A stretch of DNA of 64,000 bases from Lepidodermella squamata (GCA_047495785.1 JBLDXI010000017.1:868001-932000); one strand, 5' to 3'; counted from the first letter of the stretch, positions 24,051-36,498 are shown. The notes: a model not told the origin generated them from the sequence alone. Program-made: numbers and translations.

Positions 24051-26615
24051 TGGATGATCAGCAGCAGCAGTTGCAGCCGATCGGCCAAGTAGTGGCGGCG
24101 AAATCTGTGCTCTATTTTTGTACGATATCTAAAGGATTGGAGGATTTTACTTTGGAAATGATCAAAAACGACAAGCTTTTTCCTTGTGGTGAGGTATTTT
24201 CACGATCTTGAAAAATTATTGAATAAGTAATTATTTTCATTTTATTTGAAATATTGAATTTTGAACAAATATTTATGTGGGGGATTATTAATTTATCAAA
24301 TTAAAATTGATATAATCGAAAGACAATCGAAGCTCGAGATGGGCTGTTGTAGTTCGCCCAACTTATTTCACTCAACTGCGTGTTTATTCAAAAATTTCGC
24401 CCAGCCAATTCGTCCAAACTGAAATTAGAAGTGGAATTGAAATTAAATCATTCGCACGCGCCACTGCTGAAGTAATTTACAAAGATGGCCACCGATGCCA
24501 CCAAACAACTGGGTTTTGATTGATCTAAGCCGAGCAGAGTGATTCATCTCGTCCAGTTTTGTTCCAAAGCAATATTAATTGGAACTCGAGTAGTGCGCTG
24601 TGGCAAATTTAGCGTTTTTGTGGTCCATTTACGGATTCGAGTGGCTGAATTCTTGACCGCCAGCTTGCTGGTCCAGTTTGCTCTCAACTTAATTGATCAT
24701 GAGATGCCCGAAAAGATGGATGAGGAGTTGTCAACTTGTTGCTGATGCGATGGTGCTACGATCGACCAAGTTGTTAGTTCGCACGTCTTGGTCAGCTGCC
24801 TCGATTGCTTCAACCGGCAAAAATGGGAGGGCCATAAAACGGCGGATCCAGGCATCGAAAGTTTGAAATGCTGCGGTAGCCATTTTCTCTTAGCCATTCA
24901 ATCAAATCTTGCGTAAAATGAAAATGGAAGCCGATGATTTTCAAGTTTTTTCCGTCACGTATGTACTATCAAATTCTTCAACGCCGCAAACAGACCGGTT
25001 TCGAAGTCACAGGTCGCTTCCTCAACCAGTAAGGGCTCGTTTACATCGTAAATACCTCGCAATATAGTCTCGTAGTTTGGTGCTGACTTAGTAGTATGGA
25101 TGCTAAGCATTTGAAAGAAATGTTCTGGGGCGGGTTCGAATGTTCCATCGAAAAACCATCGCTTGGCACGAACAAGGCGTCTGAAACCATTTTTAGTTGC
25201 TAAAACTATGAAGCTTCTCTTAGCATCGCGCTTCATATCGTAAAGAAACGGTTGACCGTCGCGAGTTTTGATCAACTTTTCGATGTCGAATTTAGCAATA
25301 TTTGGATCCTTGTTTTCAGATTTAGCTAGAGTAGCTGCGATAGTGTCGAGTAGGTGATCGCGAAATTGTTGAGTGAAATAAGTTGGGTAAACGGGATACT
25401 GCCCTCAAGATTCTACGGAACATAAAATTTTTATTAAATTCGCCTAATTTTCTAAAAATTAATTAATCGTTGAAAAATTGGGAGGTCTTCTTAAAATTTC
25501 TTTCTTTCTAGCTATTTTCACCTGGGCCTGGAAAGATCCTGTTCTCAACTGAACTTGAACCTCCTGAATTCACCGGTAGGCTGAAAACTGTCGAGAGATA
25601 CGGCGCTGTTTTATTCCGCGCGAAATATGACGATTTTTATCCTTGTTCAGACTGGAAAACTGCTAGGATTTCGCATGGTATTTTTTATAGAATTTTGCCT
25701 GGTTCTATTCTCACGAGAATGTTTGATTTAATTTCAGCTGCGAAAGCTTTGCTGTCAAAAATACATTGGGCCGAGTTTTGCGAAATAATCGATAGGTCTT
25801 ACTACGTCCTTCACCCTAGAAAAGTCGCCACTTCACAGAAACGGACATTTCGCGTATCAGCCAAAGCCTCGCCGAGTCGATTCGGCCGCGGCGTCGATTG
25901 CGACCGGTTATGCCGTCAGCTGGCTTTCGACATGCAATCTCGGCTGAAATCCGATTGGAAATCAACGCCGCGCAACGCCGATGTCGAAATCTACGTTCAT
26001 TTCGGAGGTTCCGAGGCGCTGATTGGCGTTTGTTTAGCCTCGCTAGCCGACAGACCCTACCTACGCCATTTTGGGACACGATCCACCTTAGCGTTTACAA
26101 TGGCGAAATTGGCGGAAATCACCGAATTTTCCACGGTTTACGACCCTTTCTGCGGCGTTTCGGCGATATTGGCCGAAAGTATCCACCTTAATAAAAAAGC
26201 GGTTTTCCTGGGTTCGGATAGCGACGACAAGCAATTGGCGAAATCTTGTTCAAACCGCGACGTATTACCTCGATCTATTATGCTGGACCTAGTGAAAATT
26301 CCTCATAATATGAATGAAATCAAAATACCATTCCGTGATCACTGCATTGATCGGTTAATTTCCGATATTCCTCACGGCCGGCGGTTCGGCCCGAAGAAAA
26401 ATTCGTCAGATTTTTCTTGTTTTTGCGAGTCTTTCTTAGCCGACGCTCATCGCTTGCTGGTTGATGATGGCAAAATGGTTTTATTGCTATCAAAATCTGT
26501 CCTCGAGTTGTTTGACGAGATTGCAGGTTCAAAGTTCACGCGCGTAATCAAAATGCCGGTTTCTCACGGCAAATGCGAATCCTGGATTTGTGTCTTCACA
26601 AAAGCTTGTCAATAA
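24050..26615 (+). CDS. THUMPD2: THUMP domain-containing 2-like RNA guanine-N2 methyltransferase (exons 24050-24193, 25512-25677, 25738-26615)
   Basis: Exon 1 MDDQQQQ...YFCTISKGLEDF and exon 2 GKILFST...LKTVER match the THUMPD2 N-terminus (FFCT..GLE, GKVFF, LKSAER). Exon 3 has TFRVSAK, RSTLAFTMAKLA, YDPFCG and LISDIPHG. Both introns are GT-AG and in phase. Confidence 0.85.
24341..25404 (-). mobile_element. Internally deleted Mutator/MULE DNA transposon in THUMPD2 intron 1
   Basis: Transposase fragment WFFDGTFEPAPEHFFQMLSIH...TCDFETGL. Inverted repeat CCCAACTTATTTCACTCAAC at 24357-24376 and 25368-25387, GGGC...GCCC termini, degenerate flanks TCGAGAT/TCAAGAT. Confidence 0.85.
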
Positions 26616-26670
26616 ATTTTTTTTCGAATTTTCTTTAGACTGTTAATCAAATTTTACCTGGTAGCCGGGA

Positions 26671-27351
26671 ATGTTTTTCCACGTGAGTTGAAGAAAAATT
26701 TGAATTTTTAAACATAAGGAGGATTTTTTGAAATTTTCAAGGTTCAGCTTGATCATGAAGTAATGCTCCACCCTAAATATTTCGGCCCTCAGTTGCTGGA
26801 GACTGTTCGCAAAAAGTTGTTCAGCGAAGTTGAGGGTATCTGCAAGGGCAAGTATGGTTACGTAATCGCTGTTACTACCATCGACAACATTGGAGCGGGC
26901 GTCATTCAACCAGGCCAGGGCTTCGTAGTTTACCCGATCAAGTACAAGGCTATCGTATTTCGGCCGTTCAAGGAGGAGGTGCTCGATGCGGTTGTCAATC
27001 AAGTCAACAAAGTCGGCGTTTTCGCTGATATTGGTCCGACTACATGCTTCATTTCCGGGCATGTAACTTTTTTTCGAAATTTTTCAATTTTCGATTAATT
27101 TAAATTTTCACTATCAGAACATGCCCGGCCTCGAATTTCACCCTGAGGCTGCTAAGCCGTGTTACAAGTCGAAAGAAGAGGATATTGTGATCGCTGAGGG
27201 TGATCGTGTCCGAATCAAGGTCATGGGTACCCGAATCGATGCGAAGGGCATCGTAAGTTTCAAGCTATCGCAACCGAGATATACTTTGAATTTCGATATT
27301 TTTCAGTTTTCGATCGCTACTATGGCCGACGAATGTCTTGGTCCAATCTGA
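26671..27351 (+). CDS. POLR2G: RNA polymerase II subunit RPB7 (exons 26671-26682, 26742-27062, 27118-27252, 27307-27351)
   Basis: MFFH|[16 protein letters not shown]...[27 protein letters not shown], near-identical to metazoan RPB7. Three GT-AG introns. Confidence 0.97.
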
Positions 27352-28373
27352 TCTTTTTTACTTTTCACCACGCGTGATAACGTCGTCCAACTTGTCGAGT
27401 GAACACTTTTAGTCAGACACGTTTTTTGTTTCATGCGGTTTTCATTTTGCAATAAAAGAAGTCAATTTGTCGATAAAATGTCTCGTGTTTTTGCCCTTTG
27501 CCCTACTAGTCTTGAATGGAAATGGCCCATACCTATTTGCTATATCATCCCGCAAATATTCATCTTTAACCGCTCTAACAGTGATTAGGCTCGAGATAAC
27601 GAGAAATCTTCCTACCAGGTCATATGAAAATCATGTTTAGCTTTGACTTCATGTTTCCTTTCCATTTTTTCGTATTTCAAAAAGTCCGAAAATTTCACCA
27701 TCCACCACGCCAAGTTTAATTTATTCTGCCGAACAAAACTGAGAAGGCGACGTGGCGTTATACACATCATTATATCATTTTTTAAAGTCGTACATTATTT
27801 ATATTTTTTTATAAGAATTTCATAGAAGATATATAGTTGTTAGTTTGTTTCCCGTAAACACACAAACACACGAGCTGTGGTGATATAAACGGACTTGCTC
27901 ACAGATATCGCGTCAAATCGTCGTATAGTATTTTGACAAAAATCATCCGGTCGTGCCTCGTGAAATTTTACTGTTTTTTCATTTATTTACATATCGAAAA
28001 CACAGAAAGAACAAATATGGCGGCGGCGATATCAGAAATTCGAGAGAATTCATCATTTAATAACATCATCAATTTCATCATTTTTTCGAAATATTATTTA
28101 CACAAACTTTCAGGTAAGTAAATAAACACGAACAAGAAGTAGTGAAATAAGGCGGCTTCATTTCATCTGATCATTAATGTTAAAAGTACAGGAGTGCGTT
28201 TGTTGAGCCAGGGGGCACCACGAATCAACTTGAATTGTTTCCAACGAAAGCAACGAGGTGATTTTTACAAATAGATGGTTCCAAATTATATTCACTCTGT
28301 TTGCTCACTTTGCGTTGCCTTTTTTCTAGCACATCACATTTTCGATTGTCAATATTTTGTCAATTTTTCTCGC

Positions 28374-31280
28374 TCAATTAACAGCAGTTGCAGCAGACTG
28401 CGGCTCCGCGTTGTTGCTCCCATTTGCGGCAGCAGCAGGCGCGGAGGCTGTCGCTTGAGCAGCGGCGATTGAAGGCGCCGTCCAACGCAGTTTCGAAGCT
28501 TTACTAGCGGCAGCTCCGGCGACCATTGACGGCGGGTGCCAGAACGTGCACGTAGTCTTGTAATAACAATTCGGTCCAAATCGGCAAGGCTGTGAATTGA
28601 AACGAAAAAATTAATGAAATAAAGAACAAATAATAAAAATGAAATGTCATCCTTAAAATCTAATTTTATAGAAAATTTGAAATTAAGCGGAATTTTAGAG
28701 ATCCTTCATTAATTAGTCTTTAATTTCAGCAAATTTTACTTAAATTGAGGTTCCAATACCTAGTAATATTTTAAGCTATCTAGCCCTAAATTCTTCAGAT
28801 TTTTTGCAATTTCGAATTTGATCCATAATAATGTAACCCTATAACCCCGGGAATTTTCATTTTGGCTCCATGTGATGCGAGCCATTTTTCAAAAAAATTG
28901 GAAAACTTACTTTTGGGTGCGAAAATAAACAAAACGGATTGGTACAATTCGGGAAAAATTTGCACAAAGGAACAGAGTTGGCAGGATTTGTTGCGGCGGA
29001 AGCCGGGACAGCGGGAACAGCAGGAGCAAGAACAGCAGCCGGTGCCGCAGCTACAATAGGAGCCGCGGCAGCAGCAATCGGCGTGGAAGTTGCAGTAGGA
29101 ACGGCAGGTACAGCTGGCAAACCCGGCGCAACTGCGGCGGCTTGGGAAGCCGGCGGATTGCCGCGGTGAGTGAACGGACATTCCGGGTTCAAGCACGCCA
29201 GATCGAATTTGCAATCCGGGTGGATGTAGAGACACCGCGAGCCGAAACGGCACGCGGGAAACGTTTTGCACGGCTGAGACGGGTGCGCAAAAGCGCAAGT
29301 ATCGCCCGCCTTGCATTTCGGCCAGAAGCGGCATCGCTCGGGCGGCCGGGTAGGCGCCTCCATTTCAACGTCCGGCACAACGTCTTGCACACCAGATTCA
29401 GCCTCCATATCGTTTTGACTTTCGCGAAACGCGACTGAGTGGTTATTATGGCTGAAATCTTCCTCCATTTTCTCAACTCGAGGCCCTAAACGACTTTCAA
29501 TCGACTGATTTTGATGCCGAGGTTCGAGTCGTTCGGCGAGGGATAATTTCGGTTTTTGAGGTGGATTATTAGTGTTGAACGCTTGGGTCGATAACTGACC
29601 ACTCGCCAGCACCATTCCTAACATTTTCGCCTCGTCAACTCCCTCTAGAGTTACGATAAATTGCGGGTTATTTTTAGCAGGGGCGGTCGGAATCGCGTCT
29701 TCACTCCCTGTACCGCCGAATAATGCCTTCATCAAAACATCAGAAGACGAAACTGGCACAGTATTTTGCTTATCATTCTCGATAGTTTTCGTGCTTTTAT
29801 CCTTAGCCGCGTTTTTGTTGAAAGCCCTGACTTCCTCATCGTTTTTCGTAGTATCCTTCTCGACTTCCTCCTCCTCACTCTCGTCGTCAGATTTGCGACG
29901 CGATTCGCCGCGTTTCGATGCTTCAGCCTCGCGTTCCTCCTGTTCGATCTGTCGAAGAAGTAATTTACTCATAATCTGCTTTTTCCGAGATTCTTCGCGT
30001 TTCATCGCCGCCTGCTTCGAGCGGCTTAAGAATCCGCCGTCTGATGTCGAGACGATGTGAAGAGATTTAGCAGCTCGATCGCCCGATCTTTCGCCACCAG
30101 CACGTCGCCGCTGCCGAGACAATTCGCGATCTTCCTGGTCGGCATCATCTTCATCTGAACCGTCACGTTGAGCCGGTTTCTCATCAGCTTTGCTCGAGGC
30201 AAGGGCTGAGTTTGGTGGGACTTTTATCTCAGACTGAGGAACGCCTTCGATCGAACTTTTCGCCTCGGCAATAGCTCGCATTAGCAGCGAAGTCGTCGGT
30301 TGAAGAGCGCCAGAAACAGGAGGTCTAATTAATAAATCGATTAGTAAAATCATATTTCGAGAATAGTTCTAACTTACTTTCGTTGTGCAACTCGAACAGA
30401 GGATGAAACCGGAGCCGTTGATTCGTTTTCATCGGTATCACTGGCCGGTGAATCTCGGCCCCGTCTCAGATCGTGGCCAGACCGGCGTAGCGAACTTCGA
30501 GCGCCGCGATCGTCTGACCCTCGCTCTCTCTGACGACTCGCCAACACGGACGAAACAACTCGTTTGCTATACTCTCGGCGTGGACTCCTCGATCTAGATC
30601 TGCTATCCCTGGCGCGGCGACTAGATTGTACGGGAGAGCGAGATCGACTGCGACGAGAGAGGCGGCGAGCAGGCACTTGTTCCACAGCTCGACGTCTTGA
30701 AGTCGGTTTCGGCTGGGATGTTTCATCTTCATCAACGAAAGCGGATGATGAATCGCGTTTCTTGTGATGATGATGATGTTGAGATGCAGATGCCTTATCT
30801 TCTTCAGCAGCTTTCTCAACGCCTAAATTGTCATCTTCATCGCCTTTCACGTCGAGATCTTCTCTGAAATCTTCTGTTTCAGAGCGACTTTTCGAAGCAA
30901 GTTGTTCGGTTGATTTCCGTCGATCTTTATGCTGCTCGATAGACGTTTGTCTTTCGATTTTTTTCTGCGGTGGTTGGGCAGCAGCTTGTGATGCTTCCAA
31001 TTGCTGCAACATGTCTTGCAGCCAGCTGACAAAGCTATCTGTGTTATTGTTAAGAAACAGCTGTAGGTCTTCCACCATTTGAGCTTTGGTTTTGCGATTA
31101 GCAATCATGATCATGATGTAATCAGGAAGCTCTTCATCGATGTAGGAACCTAATTCCGATAGCTTCTCTTTAATCGACTCCTAAGATAATCGATAGGTTA
31201 TCAATTGAGTAAGCAATAACAATAAGACTTGCCTTGATCTTGCTGGTAATTTCGCTCCCGAATTCAATTGATCTACTCAT
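28374..31280 (-). CDS. ZC3H14: Zinc finger CCCH poly(A)-binding protein 14 / Nab2 (exons 31280-31233, 31180-30378, 30324-28911, 28589-28374)
   Basis: N-terminal PWI-like IKEKLSELGSYIDEELPDYIMIMIANRK and five C-terminal CCCH fingers. Intron 1 is GC-AG (AAG|GCAAGT). Confidence 0.93.
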
Positions 31281-32458
31281 TTTTTTAACTTGGCCTATAT
31301 GAAAAGTAAAGCAAACTGTAATGAAAGTTATCAGTACCGATGAGGCTATTTGAACATCAAGTAGCTTTAGGCTTCAAAAAGAAGGACCTACAAGTATGAT
31401 ACACAATTATAAAGTTCTTCATTAATTCTCGCCATTTTGAAGTTTAGGTAACCAACAGTCGGCAATTGGCGTAGCACGGGTCAAACATCTAGTTTCTGAT
31501 TTCAGACGAGAACATAAGAGACAAGGGCCAAGGCACAAGGTGAACCATACCTTCAAATGGCACTGTTGATAGTAATGCTTAAAATCATTAATAATTGATC
31601 AGATAATAATATTCTAAACCGTAAAGCGGGAGTGTTAAGTCACGCTCAAACGCGGAGAAGATGCAAGATACTCAAAGTCAGCTACCTTCGGCTGCGATCT
31701 GATCGGTTAAAATAAAATTTTCAATATATTAACACTGCTATATATTTTTACAACTGGCGCGCTGATCAGTTGTAAGCTGAAGCAGCTGTGCAATCTTTAC
31801 TGTGCAACGGAACTTCAAAACTTCCAACTTCTATTTTGAGGCATCCGCGTTGCACGCATGAACATTTTGATAACAGACAGATAGATTATAAACGGATGAA
31901 AGGTGTTGAGGCTGTTAACTCTTTTACGCAAACCCATGCCTATCACTAACAGGTTAGCCGCAGGCCGCAAGACAAGGCGGAACCTTCTGCCAACAGAAAT
32001 GATTGTTTGGCGGAGAACAAAGACTGAGCGGAGCCCATCTTTCATTTTTCGGAGCCCGATATTTGTTAAAATAGTTTCCGGAAAAATAATTTATGCCCAA
32101 TTAGAGATTTATAAAGTGTAACAAGCTAAATTCTTTGGTAATAAAAATTATTCGACATTTTTCTCAAAACAGCTGATCGCTGGGCTGCCAACTGCCAAAA
32201 CCGGCAGCTGACCGAAAACTGGGCGCTGCAGCAGTACTCGCGGGGTTATATCTTAGCCACCGCCCTAGGCGTTTTCTTTTCCCCGTGTCTATTTTGCCGA
32301 AGGTCTATGCAAAACTGTGGTTTCTGCATGTGAACTTTAGTGCTCTTGTTATGCCGCGTTGAAGTATTGGGCACATAGAAGTCGCTCTTTGGTTTCCTGC
32401 GTCAGCTGTCTGCTTTCTCTTCACATAGGCTTGAAGCTTGAAATTGTCTTTTTATAGG

Positions 32459-33778
32459 ATGTGTTACTTCGAAGAACTCTTTGTTCAAGTTGACGATGAG
32501 TTCGTTTTCGTTCTAGTCATCCGCCTTCCTGAAAGACTAGCATCTTACTTGCTGTTCACAGAACCTGGAGTGGCATTGAAAAAGATTCTCAACACGGACA
32601 TGATGCGATTGATACGCGGAATTGCGGCTTCTGGTGACGATAACAGATTTATTCATTCAAAGGTTCGTTTTGCCGTTATTAATTACCAGTTTCGAATGTT
32701 TATATTGCTCTGATGATAGAATTTCATCTTTGAAGTGACCTGCCGTGAATCGCAATGGAAGAAAGTGATGCCTCAAATTCTCGTCGGGCAAAACATGTCA
32801 ACATTGATGGATAGGGATTTTATTGTTCATATTCAGCTTCGCGATGGAATCTTGCGGGAAGAACAGCTTCCTCAGAATTGCGAAACCCTTCACGCATCAA
32901 TCAACTCACCTCAAGTGCCAACTATTTTAGAGGCAGCCAGCAAAAAGATCGATCGTTCCCATTGCTTATCCTTAGCTCCTCGTATTTCTTCATCTGCTGC
33001 CTGCCAAGCTGAAGCCAACCCTAACCCGAGAGGTCCTGAGATAGAGGTTGGCGAAGAGTTTAACTTGCGACGGAAGAAGAGAACTTTCCAAGACAATTTC
33101 TCACCATCCAAAGAATCTCACGCCGCCCTCGACGCTGAAATTGACGTTGGCGAAGAATTTGAAGTAAGGCGCAAGAAGCGAACCATCTCTATCAATTCTC
33201 CTTCTGCCAGAGGAACGCCAAAGTCGAATAGTAATGAAGGGGATACTGCTCAGCAATTTGTACGGCGCTCCACTAGGCCAACCCAGCAGCCACAGTACGA
33301 AATAAATTCAACGTCTTCCAGCAGTCCAGAAACTAAAAGCTACAAAACTGCTTCAGAAAAACTAACTTCTCCGCAGAGAAGCATTGCAAGCACCAAGTCG
33401 ACATCCAAAGCAACCCCTAAGCTGTCAGGGCCGGCTTCAGCGAAACGAAAATCGGCAGCAAGTGCATCTAAATCGACTTCGAAACAGACGAGTAGGAATT
33501 CGACCCCGGCCGCTAAAAAGAGCAACGTCAGGCATATAGTCATCGATTCGGCTGAAGAATACTCAAGGTTAAATTTTTCTTTTTCGATCTGCAATTTAAT
33601 TCGCATTATTTTTTACAGTGCAAGCTCAAAACGATCATCCGAGCACCAAGTATCAGATACTGCATCGGAGGTTTCAGTCGAAATGATGCCTCAGCCGGTT
33701 ATCAAAAAAGAGCAGCCACCGCCTGGTAGCTTCAGAAATTTCATGAGTTCGTTGAATATCTTCAAATTCGGACAGTAA
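32459..33778 (+). CDS. Unassigned protein: ~130-aa globular N-terminus plus Ser/Lys-rich disordered tail with a duplicated RRKKR motif
   Basis: ATG follows tttatag. An in-phase intron at 32663-32719 joins the two ORFs, and a second 51-nt intron is likely at 33568-33618. The 3' end is uncertain. Confidence 0.55.
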
Positions 33779-35052
33779 TCCTAACCCGTCAGTTTTGTAA
33801 CATGCGCTCAAATCGCCGAATTCTCGGTGACTAGATTTTTCCTGGTGAGAGATAAGCTTCAACCAGTCGCGATATATTTTGAATTTTTGTACAATTCACA
33901 AATTTCCAAATGCAAAGTTGCTTTCCGGATCTTATTCAAATCAACCTGGTTTTGTTTTTGTTTATAATAAGGATTTCTTAGCCAAGCTATACGAAGTGAA
34001 TTCGATTGAATAAAACATGTTTTTGAAGTTCTTCAGACTTTATAAATTTATCCGTAACCGTGTCAGGATTCCAGATGAATTTTTTTTGAAAATTCTGCGG
34101 CAGAATTCGTTTCAACATCATGAGCTAAAAAAGCCTCTGAAGTTACTGGTTACATTTTTTTCGGAATTTCGAACATTTTATGAGCCTCAGAAAAATTTCC
34201 GCGGCATTTTGCGCTTGACAAAATTGAAAATATAACGCATCAGGAGAAAAGTATTAACGGTTCACTCGGCCAGATCTCATCATCTCTATTCTGAGAAAGC
34301 CTCATTATCACGCTGAAAAATCCGGGGTTCGAAAATATTCGGAAATTGAGTTGCGGATAATAGTCCTCGGCCTTAGATTTGAATGCCATTTGCGAGAAAT
34401 TCACGATGGTTGTACCAATAATTATATAAATGTTGTGAATTTTTTTCGCTGTGCGTTTGGAGTTATCCGCTTTTTCTGCTTTACTTGCTTTTGAGCTGGA
34501 AAAGGTGCCCCAGTAAAAAACTTTTGTTTGCAGGTTCACCCTCGATTTTGCTGTTGTTTCGAGCCATGAGCTTGCGGGTGCTTTGACTTACCTTTAATTC
34601 CCACATTCGGTGCACATTTGACCCCGAATTTCTTAGGCAAGGTAAACAATAATAATATCCGAATTAACCAGCGTCACATATTGGGTTTTTTCCTCAAGTA
34701 CCTGATAACATCACACCACAAAATAACCTAGCAGACGCACGCAAACGCAGCGCTCGCATAGCGCGCGTCCTTTTTCTCGGATTTCAACAACACCGCAACT
34801 TGTCAACACCATGGGAGAACTTGCGGAGTAATATAGAACCTCGCGATACGGATCTTAACAACTGCACACGTGAATGCAATATATATTTATAAACAAAAAA
34901 TTCGCTCGTGTTTTTCTCTGTTACGGTAAACACACGGGTATGGTGTTAAAGGGCTACCTGCATATATTTAAGCGCAACTCAAAAACACATGATTTAAAAT
35001 TAGTGTTTTTGTCTCAGTTTGCGTGCAAAATCCTTAGCGAGGGCTAGTCGAG

Positions 35053-35060
35053 TATATAAA
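35053..35060 (+). promoter_or_regulatory. Candidate TATA box for the MAM-PAN gene
   Basis: TATATAAA about 100 nt upstream of ATG 35156; this gene has no strong acceptor directly before its ATG. Confidence 0.4.
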
Positions 35061-35155
35061 CGCATTGCCAAACCTCGCATAACATTTTCTTACTTTTGCA
35101 CGCCGGACAATATTTCGGCTATTTTATAAGTTGCAACGTTTGTATCAAGCCAAAA

Positions 35156-36322
35156 ATGTCAATTCTCACTCACATTCTTGGCCTAGCGCTTGTCGCTCTG
35201 CTAAACATACTCGGGGTCGATTCAATAGGAAGTGGGTTTGATTTACTCATTATAGCCACGGTTGTTCATGGGTTTTGAATTTAGACATCATTGAGGGCGC
35301 TTCTTGTCTTTTCAACAACGGTTCCACGTGTGGCTGGAGCGCCGTAGCTGGCAACCATCGGCTTCACTGGAAGCACTTCAGGATCGGCAAAACAACCAAC
35401 TACAAACCAGATGAGAACTATCCGTATCTGGTGTTTGGAATGTTCGCTGAAACTAAGCCGTTCCGCTCCGCCGCTCTTCGTTCAGTTCCAATCTACAGCC
35501 CATCGAACTACTTCTGCTTATCGTTCTGGTACCGATTCAATGGCTGGAGCGAATTTGACTACCCAGATATTCTCGAAGTTCACGTAAGTGATTGCAACGC
35601 CATACCTGCGAGAATCTATGCTTTTTTCTCTGTAGTTCATGGAAGTTTTGCCATCGAGCTTCCAAATTTCCGCGCCTGGTGTAAGTGGAATCCGAAAGGT
35701 TTCCGACTTATTTGCGGAACCGTCCCATCGCAACAACTGGATCTATAAGCAAATTGACATACAACGACAAGCTCCTGGTGACCTCAAATCTCCGATTCAG
35801 TTCGAGCTACGAATGGAGGGTGGAGCTGCTTTGTTGACCCACTTCTCGGTAGATAATATCAAATTGACCGATGGCCTATGTGAGAGCCGTGAGTTGCTTT
35901 GAGTCCCAGAAGTTCTCTATAATAACGTTATTTTCGCCTAGTGTTGTACGTTGACAACTATTCTCAGTTTAAAGGCAACTGCCCGTACCAGTATTTGTTC
36001 AACATCTATGTAAGTCAGCCAAATTTATGAAGGGCTAGTTTAATAAGCGTTTCAACAGGGTGACCGCATGGGCTGCAGGACCTGCACGAAAGCCGAGTGT
36101 GCCTACATGTGCGATACAATGAATGAATGCAACGGGTTCTCTTGGATTAACGTTGTGCCAGAAGGATATCCTTACAATCTGCGCTGCTATCTCAAGAGCA
36201 ACGCACTCCAAGACTGCAGACCTGGCCAGCAGGCCGCTGACCCTCTTCTTCAATATGACTACTTCAAGAAGCTACGCAACTACACCGAGACCGAGCTACA
36301 GGCTCGCGGTACTCGCCAATAA
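35156..36322 (+). CDS. Secreted MAM-domain plus PAN/apple-like domain protein (about 5 exons)
   Basis: Signal peptide MSILTHILGLALVALL. MAM motifs CLFNNGSTCGW, CLSFWY and VDNIKLTDGLC, then ECAYMCDTMNECNGFSW...CYLKS. Short GT-AG introns. Confidence 0.75.
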
Positions 36323-36498
36323 AGGAATCTCAAACTATTTTTCTATTCGTATCTGTGCAACACAGATAAAAATTAATTATATCCCGAAAATATTTTATTT
36401 ACATTCCTACTATCGTGGGCTCAAGAGCACAACAAAAATAAACCAAAGATTTTCAAGACGCGGTTATGAGAAAATCGTGAGTGCGGTATACGATGGAT

